A stretch of 64,000 bases of DNA from Porphyridium purpureum (Eukaryota): assembly GCA_008690995.1 (NCBI GenBank), contig VRMN01000010.1, positions 434,001-498,000 on the forward strand, in the 5' to 3' direction. Position 1 is the stretch's first letter, and every line of letters begins with the position of its first letter. Both the position numbers and the translations under genes were made by a program. Positions 20,879-32,598 of the stretch are shown here, piece by piece. The notes under the pieces were generated by a model. The model was not told the DNA's origin, did no database searches, and was given only the letters and a program-made list of their open reading frames with translations.

Positions 20879-21869
20879 CCCACGCGCCGCGCTGATTCAT
20901 CCGCCCCAATTCATCACATTCACTGTACACCCAACACACTGTACTTCCGCTACGAGCGCTCCGGTTCAGCCGCGTGCATGGTCGCTTGCTCCCGCGTTGA
21001 ACAGGAGCAGCCGCCGCCGCGTCTCTCGTCTTTGATCTTGCTCGTGGCCGCAAGTCCTCCGACATGGTGGGATCATCCGCTCGCTGACGGCATCGTGACA
21101 CGCGATGCGACGAGGCGCGTGCGGGAGTCGCGGTTGGACAGTGAGAGGCTGAGGAGAGACTGTTTGGTCGTGGGTTCGGGAGAAGGAAGCGAGGGCTGTG
21201 GGCATGGCAACCGCGAGCCGCTGGACGCGACGACATCGCACGCATGTGCTCGAACAACCGCCGTGTCCAGCCGGCGCACATTCTCCCGCGCGCGCTTTCA
21301 TCGCGCCCACGCACGCGGGGAAGCATGTATATACACACAGAGACAAGCGCTCCATTTTCACACCACGTCCATGTCGCCCGCCCGCGACACACACACACGC
21401 GCCACGCGCTCGCACCGACTGCCCGCCAGCGCTTGCCACGCGTGAATGCGCACATTCCATACGCATCCCTTTACATAGGTACAGCGGGGTGTCCAGCGCT
21501 GCGGTGATAAGGTACAGTTGAATGTTCTGTCTCGAGGTACAGCGGGGTTTTCATGTGAGCGCGCGTTTTTCCGTGGCGTCGACATTTTTGGTGCGGCGTT
21601 TGTGGTTTTGTTGGGGGGGCGAGGAAGAACGTGTTTTGGCGCGCTTGGTTGAGAGGAGGGAGAGAGAGAGAGAGAGAAGGACAGTGGGAAGGAAGGACAG
21701 AGTGGACAGAGAGAATAGAGAGGACGCGCAGGTCTCTCTGAGTGCAGTCGTGCGTGTGTAAGTGTGTACGAGTGTTTGTGGAGTGACTGAGAGAGGAGAG
21801 AAGGTGGGAACGCGGTGGGTTGGACATTGGGTAGGGTGTGGAGTTCATTGGGAGACGCACGACGGAAAG

Positions 21870-22319
21870 ATGGTGGCAGATAGTAAGAAGGTGGACGCAG
21901 GAAAGGCGGGAGTGGGCGCGGAGGCTGCGGTAGGCAAGGAGGGCGGGAAGGAGAAGAGCGCCAGCGGGACGACGATCTCGCGGTCGATGCGCGCGGGCTT
22001 GCAGTTTCCAGTCGGGCGCATTCATCGCTTTCTGAAGAACAAGACGGCGAGAAATGAGCGCGTCGGTGCCACCGCGGCCGTGTACACGGCGGCTATTCTC
22101 GAGTATTTAACGGCCGAGGTGCTGGAGCTCGCGGGAAACGCCGCAAAGGATCTCAAGGTGAAGCGCATCACGCCGCGCCATCTGCAACTAGCCATTCGCG
22201 GCGACGAAGAGCTGGACACGCTGGTCAAGGCAACCATTGCCGGTGGTGGCGTCATTCCGCACATCAACAAGGCGCTCACATCAAAACCGGGCAAGAAAAA
22301 AGCTCAGCCTCAAGAGTAA
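21870..22319 (+). CDS. H2A.Z: Histone H2A.Z
   Basis: [45 protein letters not shown] and [12 protein letters not shown]. Confidence 0.97.
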   Translation: MVADSKKVDAGKAGVGAEAAVGKEGGKEKSASGTTISRSMRAGLQFPVGRIHRFLKNKTARNERVGATAAVYTAAILEYLTAEVLELAGNAAKDLKVKRITPRHLQLAIRGDEELDTLVKATIAGGGVIPHINKALTSKPGKKKAQPQE

Positions 22320-22507
22320 GCGCGAAATCGATCGAGACAACTATCCCTTCCCGCGCGCATGCGCCGCAGCCACGCTTTGAATCAGTATCCATCGACGTCT
22401 TGTTCGCCGGCTGTATCTCGCCGTCCATATTTTTCTTCTTCCTCCGGCCTCCTACGCGGCGGGGTTCGACGATATACAAGTCAAATACTCAGATTTCTTC
22501 AGCTAGC

Positions 22508-25500
22508 TCACAACTCGAATGCGTCCCCGTCAACCAAAGAGACGGCTATTGTATCCAGCGCACCACTGCCCCACACGTGAGACTCATCGCGCAAGGCTCG
22601 CATATTCCGCGCCGCCGTCGTGTACCTGTCGCTGGCAGCCAGTCGCGCCAAATTGCGCTGCAAGCGCTGCGCGGCCTGACTCAACTGGTGTGACGCCTCG
22701 CTGGCTTCACTCGTATCCTCCTGCTGCATGCGCACCCTATTGACCACAATCGAGAAAACAGGCTCTCCTGCAATCACCGCGTTTGTGTCCGGAAGAAGGG
22801 GCAGTAAGTCTTCCACCTGGACCAATTGTCCACTCTTCTCAATGATGCCAATGCACCGCACTGTGTCTGCGTGGGATGACACGTGATGCTGAGCGATGGC
22901 AAGCCACAATAATTTGCGCTGCGCGTCGTCCTGCACACGCAACGTCATCTCCTCCGCCTCTTGAATTTTGTCGGCCCGCAACGCCAGCGTTACTGCCTCA
23001 AACTGGAGCGATGGCATCCTCGAGTACAACCGAGCCGCAAGTAAGAGAGACTCAGAAGCAAGAGAACTATCTGTGCCGTCGCTGCCGCTATGCGCTGCGC
23101 TGCTCACGACATGCATCAATTCAAAAGAACATAAACTGGCCCATTCTTCTCTGCAATCCTCGCTCCCGGTGGGCCCTGTTTCCTCATCCACTCGTCTCGT
23201 ACATGCCAGCGCATGCGCGATGCGCTCCCAGTCCTTCAATCTCGTACCAATCGAAAACTCGTGTTCAATGCAAGCCCTCGCGAGCAGATTCCGATTCTTG
23301 TTTCGGCCATGAGGACGAAGCGCGGTGCCGATAACCCCTCGGATCGAATCAATCAATTTAAAGACAAGGCGCCCCACTTTTTCCTGCGCCGCCAGTGAGG
23401 TCGCCCCCCAGAACGTCTGGGCAATCTCACAGAGCACGCGCATGGCGAGCTCCTCCGTCCGATTGTCAGCATAATGTGTCGCACTCTCAAGCAGGGGCTC
23501 CAAAACATCTACCAGCGCTTCGGGAAAGTCCGCTGCGGCGACCGGCAAAATCTGCATGCAAAACTCTCGAGCAAATGCATCTCGCTCCTGTTTCTGTGCC
23601 TCAGGCAGAGCAACGGACTGCCACTCGCGCAGAGCGCTCATCATAAAATCGCTGTACCGATGCAAGAGCGGCGCTATTGTGCGCAGCACGGGCATCGCGG
23701 AATCGCTCCCACCACCCGCATTCAAGTCAGCACCACTGCTTCCGGGTCCGCCACCGCACAAAGCTGGGTGTGAGATGAGGTGCCGTGCGAGCGACATCGC
23801 CACGTCGGTGCAACCGTGCCGCAGGAGTAAATCTAGTACGAGCGTGGAATCGAGCTCATCCAAATGGTCCAAAATGAATACCATCAATTCTTCCCCGCAC
23901 TTCGACCTTGAAAGCATTGCGCCTGTCCCGCTTTTTCCTGCCGTAGCAACTGACGATAATGGGCTCACGCTCACGCGCCTGGCAAGAAACAGAACGGTTA
24001 GCGTACAAAGCACCACGCGCTGCGATGCGTACTGCTCTGTCGGAAACATTTCGTTGAGTCGGCGCACCAGAAAGTCCGCCACGTATGCGTCATTCTCTGG
24101 CGCACTGATGCTCATGAGGCGTAGCATAACCTTCTCTACGCTTGCCTTGTTCGTGTCGTGCGCACGCGCGAGCATGGCCACGGCCGATGCGATGTCACCC
24201 TGCTGAAAGGCTGCCTCGCTCCGGGCAATCAAGATCTCATCCAACATTTCGCGTTGCTGCAAAACGGAGCCCTTGCACGCTTGCACAAGCTCCAGAGCAA
24301 CCCGAAATTCTTGCTTATCTATTGCGCGGTGAATCATGGCACCGTACAAGACATCCCACGGCACATAGATCCCATGCAAGAGCCCAGTGCTCAAATTGAT
24401 CACCAGAGCGCAAAGAGAAGGAATAGGGCTTGAACCCGGACCGTTTCTATTCGCCATCACGTCCGCATCGTCTCCGGCAGGCATCGCAGAAGTCGAGTGT
24501 CTGGAGTCCAGGGCAATGAGTGAATATGACTGATGTAGATTCGAGCGTCTCATTATCTCGGGCGTTTGTAGATTCAAACGCAAGAGAACGTCGCCCGAAA
24601 TCAAACTCAGAAGTATAAGCTGAGATCCTGCCAGCAGAAGGGCCGTAAATGGAGCACTCGGAAGCACAAGAAGCGAAGGAAGCGACCAAACCTGGCGCTG
24701 ATGGTCATGCCATCCCCACCCAGGGAGCGTACGGTCCAAACACGCAGAAGATATGTGGCCATACCAATTGACACGCGAGCGGATCATTCGAGCAGCGGTT
24801 GGCTTGCCTGGAGATTTGTCTCCGGTCGTCTGACTCTTCATGTCTACCAAAACTCTGGCGAAGAAGAGCCCACGCTTGATTTTGCACACAAGAACGCGCC
24901 AGCCATCTGGACTCATGCTGGCAGCGCATACAAAGTTCTGTGGCGTTTCGGATACGTCTTTCTCGTGCACAAAATTCGACTTCTCCTCGTCTGGGAATGG
25001 TGCTGTCTCAAACGAATGAAAGAGTGCCGCGGCTCTTTGATTGAGTGAGCATGATGTAGCAGCAAGCCCCTGGGTGCTGGCCGTGTAAAACTGCTTCCAT
25101 ATCCCGTGCCGTACCCCGCTTCGCGATATGCTGACAAACAGGGCCGAATTATCTAACCGCAAGGGTTCAACATACAGAAGAAGAATCTCATTGCGTGCGT
25201 CCTGAGCCGCAGCTGGCAAGGCGTTCACAAACGGGTAAAGTGAATCTTCCAGCACACACAAGGCGGCCTCTCTCGTCGACACGGTGGCCGCTGGAGCGTC
25301 CAAGAGCTCGTGTATCTTTGCGAGACTGAACGAAACAGATAGCGCCAGAATGTGTCCTGATGTGGTTCCCAGCAAGATTTCGCGCGTGAGCGTTCTGCTG
25401 CTTGAATCACCTCGCAATGGCGCCGTTGTGGCGGTGGAGTCGGTAACATCAGGCACCCAGCATCCACATGATATACGCTCTGGCACAGAAGGCAGCACGT

Positions 25501-26248
25501 CATTCTTCAGGACAGCACTTCCGACACTCGCTTCATGCTCAAATCTTTTCAGCAATGTTTTCAGCGCGGAGGAAGCGTTCGAAAGAGGGATCACGACACT
25601 GGCACGGCTGGAGAACACGCACACTTCCACAGTTGGCTTTGTGGACGCTTCGGGGACGGGTTCAGCCCCGTCGCACGAGCGAATACATAAGACAAAGCGC
25701 AGTCCGTACTTGCCTTTTCCCGCCATCTCTTTTTCAACGCTTCGCTCTGATCGGCCTGAGGGTCGCGTGTCGGAGTCTGTGTCTGGAACGAGAAGATGAG
25801 GGCCAACTTGCTGATCCGCATGGAGCCGCTCCGCCTCCTTTTGCCTTTGCTTTGCTCTTTCTCGTTCCTGATCATCATGACGAGCCTTGCCAAACCCGAA
25901 CAGCCCGCGCAGCTGCTGCGTGTTCTTAGGCGACGCTTCCTTTGGATCCACGACTTGTTTGGATAGTAGCGGGATGACCATTCGTTCTGTCTCGCTTGCT
26001 GCCGCTGTCTGACCACTTCCTTGAGCGTCATTGGCGGCGTCCGGGGTAATTTCGAGGTACCGAACCACGTGGTAGCCATCGGCACGAGTGTGCACGACCG
26101 CGCTATCGCCCCAATGCGCCGGCGCCGCACTCCATGCTTCTACCACGTTGCCTGGCCCAAATGGGGCCGGCAATATGCGGGCAGTAACCGGTGCGATGTC
26201 ACTGGCTGTCTTGCCCGTGCCTGCGGGCCGCGGCTTGCTGTGATCCAT
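22508..26248 (-). CDS. Divergent Vps18/Pep3-like (HOPS/CORVET) protein
   Basis: C-terminal KLLWLAIAQH..VEDLLPLLPD followed by a coiled coil; N-terminal ILLGTTSGHI propeller-like segment; helical solenoid middle. Confidence 0.6.
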   Translation of the reverse strand: MDHSKPRPAGTGKTASDIAPVTARILPAPFGPGNVVEAWSAAPAHWGDSAVVHTRADGYHVVRYLEITPDAANDAQGSGQTAAASETERMVIPLLSKQVVDPKEASPKNTQQLRGLFGFGKARHDDQERERAKQRQKEAERLHADQQVGPHLLVPDTDSDTRPSGRSERSVEKEMAGKGKYGLRFVLCIRSCDGAEPVPEASTKPTVEVCVFSSRASVVIPLSNASSALKTLLKRFEHEASVGSAVLKNDVLPSVPERISCGCWVPDVTDSTATTAPLRGDSSSRTLTREILLGTTSGHILALSVSFSLAKIHELLDAPAATVSTREAALCVLEDSLYPFVNALPAAAQDARNEILLLYVEPLRLDNSALFVSISRSGVRHGIWKQFYTASTQGLAATSCSLNQRAAALFHSFETAPFPDEEKSNFVHEKDVSETPQNFVCAASMSPDGWRVLVCKIKRGLFFARVLVDMKSQTTGDKSPGKPTAARMIRSRVNWYGHISSACLDRTLPGWGWHDHQRQVWSLPSLLVLPSAPFTALLLAGSQLILLSLISGDVLLRLNLQTPEIMRRSNLHQSYSLIALDSRHSTSAMPAGDDADVMANRNGPGSSPIPSLCALVINLSTGLLHGIYVPWDVLYGAMIHRAIDKQEFRVALELVQACKGSVLQQREMLDEILIARSEAAFQQGDIASAVAMLARAHDTNKASVEKVMLRLMSISAPENDAYVADFLVRRLNEMFPTEQYASQRVVLCTLTVLFLARRVSVSPLSSVATAGKSGTGAMLSRSKCGEELMVFILDHLDELDSTLVLDLLLRHGCTDVAMSLARHLISHPALCGGGPGSSGADLNAGGGSDSAMPVLRTIAPLLHRYSDFMMSALREWQSVALPEAQKQERDAFAREFCMQILPVAAADFPEALVDVLEPLLESATHYADNRTEELAMRVLCEIAQTFWGATSLAAQEKVGRLVFKLIDSIRGVIGTALRPHGRNKNRNLLARACIEHEFSIGTRLKDWERIAHALACTRRVDEETGPTGSEDCREEWASLCSFELMHVVSSAAHSGSDGTDSSLASESLLLAARLYSRMPSLQFEAVTLALRADKIQEAEEMTLRVQDDAQRKLLWLAIAQHHVSSHADTVRCIGIIEKSGQLVQVEDLLPLLPDTNAVIAGEPVFSIVVNRVRMQQEDTSEASEASHQLSQAAQRLQRNLARLAASDRYTTAARNMRALRDESHVWGSGALDTIAVSLVDGDAFEL

Positions 26249-28103
26249 CACGTATCGGCCAGCACGGGAGCAAGCACGCACGTTGGGCTGCTTGCTTCAA
26301 TTCGTCAGCGGTTCACACGGCGTAGCGGATTTTATCATCAAAATTAGTCCTTTTTATGATACTGTCTTAACGGTTCTAAACCGATAAAAAGAGGCAAAGG
26401 TTTCCTTGTCGCAGTTCACCTGGTCATGCATCCCCTGGTGCTCGTATGCTCGCAGTTCGTTCTTTCCCTTGTTTTCTGCACAGGCTGCGCTGCGAAAGTG
26501 CAGTGCGGCCGCTACATGCCGATGCATTTCTGAGGCCAAAAATAAAATTTCGCCACAGTGAGGAGAAGGCTGGTGCTTGCAACGTTGTGAAATGCGATCC
26601 TCCGCGCTTTTTTTTTTTTTCATGTCCGCGTGCCCCGATGACCCGTGTGCAGCATGCTCGATACCCAAGGCACAAGCTAAGAGGATCTGATCCGACGCGA
26701 GACCCGCGCTGCTGAATCAAGCGATGTCATAGGAGCTCCTACGATAAGCCAACCGATCACGGACGACCACATAAAGCTTCGCAAAGGTACCCTAGAGATC
26801 TCTTTCTCTCGCTCTCCGCGATTTGATGGAGTCTCAGGAGCATTGTGATTACCGACGGGCGTTTCACCTTTGCACCGCATGCGCGCCTTTGCCTGTCCCG
26901 CTGAAAAGCCAGCATTTGGAAGTCACACCGCAGTCATGTATTCCTCAGCCCAAACTGAATCCGTCCGCCAAGCCGGCCTTTCTGTTCGCGCTTTAGCACG
27001 CTGCACTCCCTCATCGGGTCGTCGATAAATTGTCTTCCACTATCTTTGTCAAAGATCTGCCCGAGCGGCAAGCCTGTGCGTGCACGTTATTCGACGCCAT
27101 GTCTAGCACAGTCTGGAGCTCGCAGAGTGCGTTTTCTCACGCGCCGCAATCCGAGCCGGCAAGATCACTGCGTGCTGAAAAGCCACCAGGTCTATCCCGA
27201 CCTTCGCTGGCGGCCTAGTCCATCGCGTCTTCGCAGACGATACCCCCCCTTATCTCACACGCCGCACCCCTCCTGCTCTCCATCGACTCCTCCCTCAATA
27301 CGCGCATGCTCAGCTCGTAGTCATGCAGCATCACATGGCCATCCTATTGTAAAACCCCATTGTTTTCCTATGTACATCGCAGCTTATTCGGCACGAAACT
27401 GAACACAAAGTACAGTGCATTAGGAGAACGATGGCGTTTGGGGCAGACGACGTTGCTCGGTTTCTTGTGCAGAGCACATGTGCTTGTGTGGATACACACA
27501 TTCGATGCGTCCTTGTGGATTTGTGGCCCAATGATTTCGCTGCTTGGCTCCGGTTTGTTGCGCAAACGCATTTCCGCCAAACACACATTTTGATTCCCTC
27601 GCCGCATGGCGTTGCGACGAACTGGTCCAGAAATGACCAGCATCGATTTGTGACGCTTCTCATCGCGCTCGTCCGGATCTGCACGCTGCTTCGCGTCACG
27701 AACATTGCTTTTTGTTTTATCGGCTGAGTGTTTTGATGATTATCTAGCTCTCGGCCAAACGGCTCAAGGTATTTATTACATTCTACTACGAGTTGCATTG
27801 CAAATCAGAACGGAACAAAACAAGCTAACAAACATACATACGCACGCTACCTGTCGAGGCATGAAACGCACGCCAATGTGAAAGGATACAGAGATCAAAA
27901 TCGTCCGCTTGTATACAGGATTCACATACTGTGAATCCGCCGGAGCAAGTCCCTCAAGATACTATTGCGCGTGGGTCTCATTAGGCAGCAACCGAGCAGC
28001 ATCATCGGGATTAGCAGGACGTGAGCGTCAAAAAGGCAAAATCACGGCAACAAAATTGTACGCCAATTGCGCGCGTGAGACATTAAAATGATATTCGGAT
28101 ATC

Positions 28104-28154
28104 TCGGCATTCGGCATCGGCATCGGCATCGGCATCGGCATCGGCATCGGCATC
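28104..28154. repeat. (TCGGCA)n hexanucleotide microsatellite, about 8 copies
   Basis: Seen directly. Confidence 0.95.
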
Positions 28155-28638
28155 TTCAATTGTGAGGTAGCCGGTCTGCAACACAACCGAGTTCTCAAGT
28201 GCTACTGCAGACTCGAGGCCTATTGTACGCGCAGAGCCGCAACCTTGACGCAACGGCAAAGGCTTGGCAGCGTAATCAAGTACCACCACACCAGGCACCG
28301 CTCATAGCTCGCAAAAACCGTGGGAATGGACTGCAAGATATTAAGGGCGTGCTTTCAGCCAGGCCCACCGAGCGTCGTTGATGCAGATGACTGCAGGTGC
28401 TGGGCTGACGTGTTGATTGAGTATAAACGCCACTAGCACCTTTGGGCCTACAGCCGTGCGCTCAAAGCGAGGCCAACTAGGCCAGCGTCACCCGCAGCCC
28501 ATCATACATGGGAATCACTCAACATCGCGGCCACACGTGACGGCAGCGGCTGACGGATCGGCGCAGCAGGTCTCGAAGATGGTGGGTATGACGCGCAAGG
28601 TAGCGTGCACAAGCAAGCGCCGGAAATACCGCCAGGAC

Positions 28639-30288
28639 TTACTGCTTTTCGAAAATCATGATCCCATAGCGCAACTGGCCGGCGTTAACTGCGGTTTGCC
28701 AGGCCTTCAGTCCAGCAAGCATGCTGTCAAGATATGCAGACGAGATGAAGTTTTCGAGCTCCGGGCGTCGCGCTTCGGTAATGTGGGCAATGACCTGATA
28801 GTGCCTGGACATGGAGTCTAGGAGATCAATGTATCCTGTGTGCACCAATCCATACTTTGCTCCGAAACGCACATAGGCTGCCGGGGAGCCCATGTCCGCG
28901 AGCTGGATGCGATCATACACCGCGCGCAGCGCCTCGGAGTCCGCGTCTTCGCACTGCATGGGATCGGAGAACACCAAGCGGCCATGTGGTTTCAGAATAC
29001 GCGCGGCTTCGGCGATCACTTGTTCGCGCTCTGGCCCAGCGTGGAGAATGGAATCGTGCGACACGACGACGTCAACACTGGCGTCGGCCAGCCCCGTGTG
29101 CGTAAAGCTCACCTGCCGAATTTCCACCTGCTCTTCACAGAAGCCTAGCTCTGCGTTGCGCTCACGTGCGAGAGCGCATTCGCGCACACTAATGTCGACG
29201 CCAATCGCTTTTGCTCCGAAGCGCCTTGCGATGTGACGCACACAGCCGCCATACGCCGAGCCGAGATCCACGACCTTCTGCCCCGCCTGGATACCGGCAT
29301 GGTCAAGCAGGTTGTCCATAGATCCCTGGGCTGCGTCTTTGACATCCTCGGGGCCAGGGTACTGGCTAGTATAAGCGATGGCATGCGGCCAAAAGCCGAT
29401 GTGGATGTTCTCTCCGCCCCACACACGACGGTAGAATTCGAACGCGTCCTCCGAGTCGTAGTAGGCTCGGGAGGTATTGCTTGCCTGAGCATCTGCGACC
29501 TTGCCCAAGTAGGTGACGCCTCCAAACTGCGTGTCGAGCTGCTGGATCTCGATTTTCCGTGCTTTGGCATCGGCAACCACGTGCTCCGGGTATGCCCACT
29601 GCGTCGTATATCCAGAGTAGGTGGTCAGAGTCGCGCGCTTGTAGTCGATCTGCTGGCGGTTCAGCTTGCCACACAGTTTTTCATTGCGCGCGTAAAATCT
29701 CTCCACCGCTTGCGGAAAGTCGTGGGCGTTCCAGAGTCCGATCATCAGGAATCCCTGCTCTCCGGCAACTGCAATCATCTGATCAAAAAATGCCTCGCGC
29801 GTATCGGCATCGAGAATCCCAATTGTGTTACCCACACTGGCGAGCACACGGGTGACGTCTGGCTCCCAAATCCATGCGGGGGCACGCGCGTTGAGGACGC
29901 TCGCAAGATTCCTACCGTCTTCGTGCACAAACACAAGATTGTCGCAAGGCTTCTCGAGCCGCCTGGCCTGGGCGTATTCGATAAACTCAGGGTTGAAATC
30001 AATGCCGATTGCAAAGTCAACCATGTTTTTAGCATTGAACAAGAAATCCCCCGTGCCCGTGCCGACTTCGATGAGCACGAGACGACCCGATGGATTATCC
30101 TTGCGCACGCGAGCCACCGCATCCTCCAACAAATCCTGGTAATTGCTTACGAGACCCTGAAAGAAGCCATCGGCGTCCTCATACACCGCACGGCGCCATG
30201 CTGCCGGAGTCATTCGCCCCCAAATTTCATCCTGCGTCGGCGCGGACAGCTTGTCCGCCACCATGGTGTGCTTTTCCCGCGAAGGCAT
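28639..30288 (-). CDS. Two-domain SAM-dependent methyltransferase; C-domain is sarcosine/dimethylglycine N-methyltransferase-like
   Basis: Two motif-I copies (IEVGTGTG and VDLGSAYGG); C-domain YYDSEDA.EFY..VWGGENIHIG, VVSHDSILH, FSDPMQ and VYDRIQL.DMGS are SDMT hallmarks. Confidence 0.85.
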   Translation of the reverse strand: MPSREKHTMVADKLSAPTQDEIWGRMTPAAWRRAVYEDADGFFQGLVSNYQDLLEDAVARVRKDNPSGRLVLIEVGTGTGDFLFNAKNMVDFAIGIDFNPEFIEYAQARRLEKPCDNLVFVHEDGRNLASVLNARAPAWIWEPDVTRVLASVGNTIGILDADTREAFFDQMIAVAGEQGFLMIGLWNAHDFPQAVERFYARNEKLCGKLNRQQIDYKRATLTTYSGYTTQWAYPEHVVADAKARKIEIQQLDTQFGGVTYLGKVADAQASNTSRAYYDSEDAFEFYRRVWGGENIHIGFWPHAIAYTSQYPGPEDVKDAAQGSMDNLLDHAGIQAGQKVVDLGSAYGGCVRHIARRFGAKAIGVDISVRECALARERNAELGFCEEQVEIRQVSFTHTGLADASVDVVVSHDSILHAGPEREQVIAEAARILKPHGRLVFSDPMQCEDADSEALRAVYDRIQLADMGSPAAYVRFGAKYGLVHTGYIDLLDSMSRHYQVIAHITEARRPELENFISSAYLDSMLAGLKAWQTAVNAGQLRYGIMIFEKQ

Positions 30289-32598
30289 TTTAATTCCTCA
30301 AAACTGTCCCGGCTCTTCAATCAAGGACCCCAACAAATCTCCCCAGACCAAGTCCAATCTTTGCCCAAGCACACCCCGTTCCAACCAACCCTCAACCTGA
30401 ATGGTGCCCAACTCCCAACGTCCAGAATTCCCTTTTCCTCTACACCCCCCACCATCCACGTCCCAAACATCCACTCTCCACCTCTCTTTCTCTCCGTCTC
30501 TCTCTTGCTGCCAGAGCCAGAGCGGCCGAATCCGCGTACACACATAGCTCTCGCCATCGCGCATCCGCACCTCTTGTTTATCTTCCAGCGTGTCTCCATG
30601 ATCCATCGAATCGAACCTCTCTCTCTCTGCTACTGCATCTACACATATCCACCCTCAGGATGAACCTCCACAACTCTCCATCTGCATCCCCCCAACTCCG
30701 CCGCTGTCCATCTGCATCCTCCTACCCATGCACCCCCCTTTTGGCTGTTTTTTTAATGAAAAATTCTGATCTGTATTCCCGGTTGCTTCTGAAATCCCCG
30801 GCGTGCGGAAAACTGAACCCGGTTCGGTTCGCCTCACGCGCCTCATTTTTTGCCACGGTTTACATACCGAAATGCGATTCGGTTGAACACGCCGCGCGGA
30901 CCTTGTTGGAACGAATAAATTTATTGAATCAGAATCACCACCACTGTACCTACTACTGCCACTACACACGCCAAGCTACAAAGAAACACGCGGGGGAGGG
31001 ACGAGCAGGGGTTGATGGGTAAATGGTGTTGTTGCCATACGAACAAACAATGAGCATAGCAAAAGGACCCCAAAAGAATTGGTGGGAATGCATTGCATGG
31101 CCATCTCGGAATGAGGGATGACAATGCGTCTGGGGGAAAGTCCGCGGCGGTCGTTCGAGAGTGATCACGTGCCGGGGTGCCAACTGTGCATCGTCCCTTG
31201 GTGGGTGTGGGTATGGGTGTGGGTGTGGGTGTGGGGTTACGCTCGACGCACGCGAGTGGGCTGCGTCGCGTGGTCGGTTGAAACGTGCAAAGGATTTTGT
31301 GACTCTCGGACTCACTTGTTGCTCTCACTCTAAGCAACTAAACGGGTTAGAGCCAATGAGCCGCTTCGTGCTTAGTTGCTCAGACGCGTCGGCGTGCGCG
31401 GGCACTTGAGCTTTTCCCCAAACCAAACGTGATCTTCTCTCATCGATTTCGTCGTCAGTTCTGATCTGTTCCATTCCGACAGCGTCGCTCGACGCGAGCG
31501 CGCCTTTTGTACTGTGAAGTTTGTCCCTGCTTCAGACAAACGTTCCTTGCGTTCGCGACCTTTGCTTATCATCCGCGCTTGGGCGGTTCATCAATTTAGC
31601 CTCAATGCAGGCAACAAGCATTACGTTTTCCAGGTTCTTGTCTTCTTCCTTTCTTTGCCGGCGCTCACTAAGATTTTTTTGGCCATCCCGGGCGCACGCC
31701 TGGGCCCAATTCGCCGAGGCCGCGGTCGCCGTTGCTCACCAGCGGCGTGCGCCCCGTTTCGTATCGCGTCGTGCCTGCGTTGTCGGTCCACGATGGCAAA
31801 AGCTCCTTCTCCGTTGCCGCGAAAATGCCCGCGGCGCGCGTTGGCGACCGCCTGGTCCTTGAACGCTTCATATTGACCAACTTGCGAGGACCATGCAACC
31901 GAGCGCCCGCCCCCGCGCTGCGCAGGCGACCGCCAAGGTTTCGGCCTTCACTGCCGTGCCCCTCGAGTCCCTGCGCACATCCACCTAACAGGTCGCTGCA
32001 CAGCTGTGCGCCGGCTGTACTCACGTGGCAGTACCCACGCACGTTCAGTGGCACGACAGAGCGGAATTAACATTAAAAAAGGCGTTAAAGTGAGACGTTA
32101 AACAATGGCGTGCCAGAATGGGAGGGAAGTAGCGAGTTTGTGGATGAGCAGCGACGTGGGGCTGAGAGGGAGAGAGACGTGAACGCGCTGCTGGGGAGGA
32201 ACGCACTTATTGAAGGTCGGAGGTGTGGAGGTGCGTGTGTGCGCGCGATAAGTCGACCACGGTGCTGAAACAGCTGCGCGAGCACCCGGGTGGAAGAGCG
32301 GAGTGGAGAAAGGAGGTGGGTTTCACGGACACGAAGAGGGGCGGTTGATGAGCACGCTGATTGACGTGGTGGTGAGTGACCGTCGTGCCTAGGTGGTGAA
32401 TGCGTGAAGCGTCCGGAGGAAAGGTGGGTGAATTGGTCAAGGCGAAGGTGGCGTAGTGTGTTTGTGTGTGTGTGTTTTTTTTGTCGACAAATAAAAGTGG
32501 GCGCTGACGTGGGTTGGTGACGGGCCGTGTCAGGGTACGTAGCAGAATTGTCGGGGATAAGAGAAGGTGGGCGTGAGATTGATGCAGGCATTGACGGG

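Noticed and set aside
20399..21455. Long overlapping ORFs with poly-His/poly-Gly
   Set aside because: Arise from the (CAC)n microsatellite and high GC; no family signal
29233..30663. 476-aa plus-strand ORF
   Set aside because: Antisense shadow of the methyltransferase with no motifs; typical of GC-rich coding DNA
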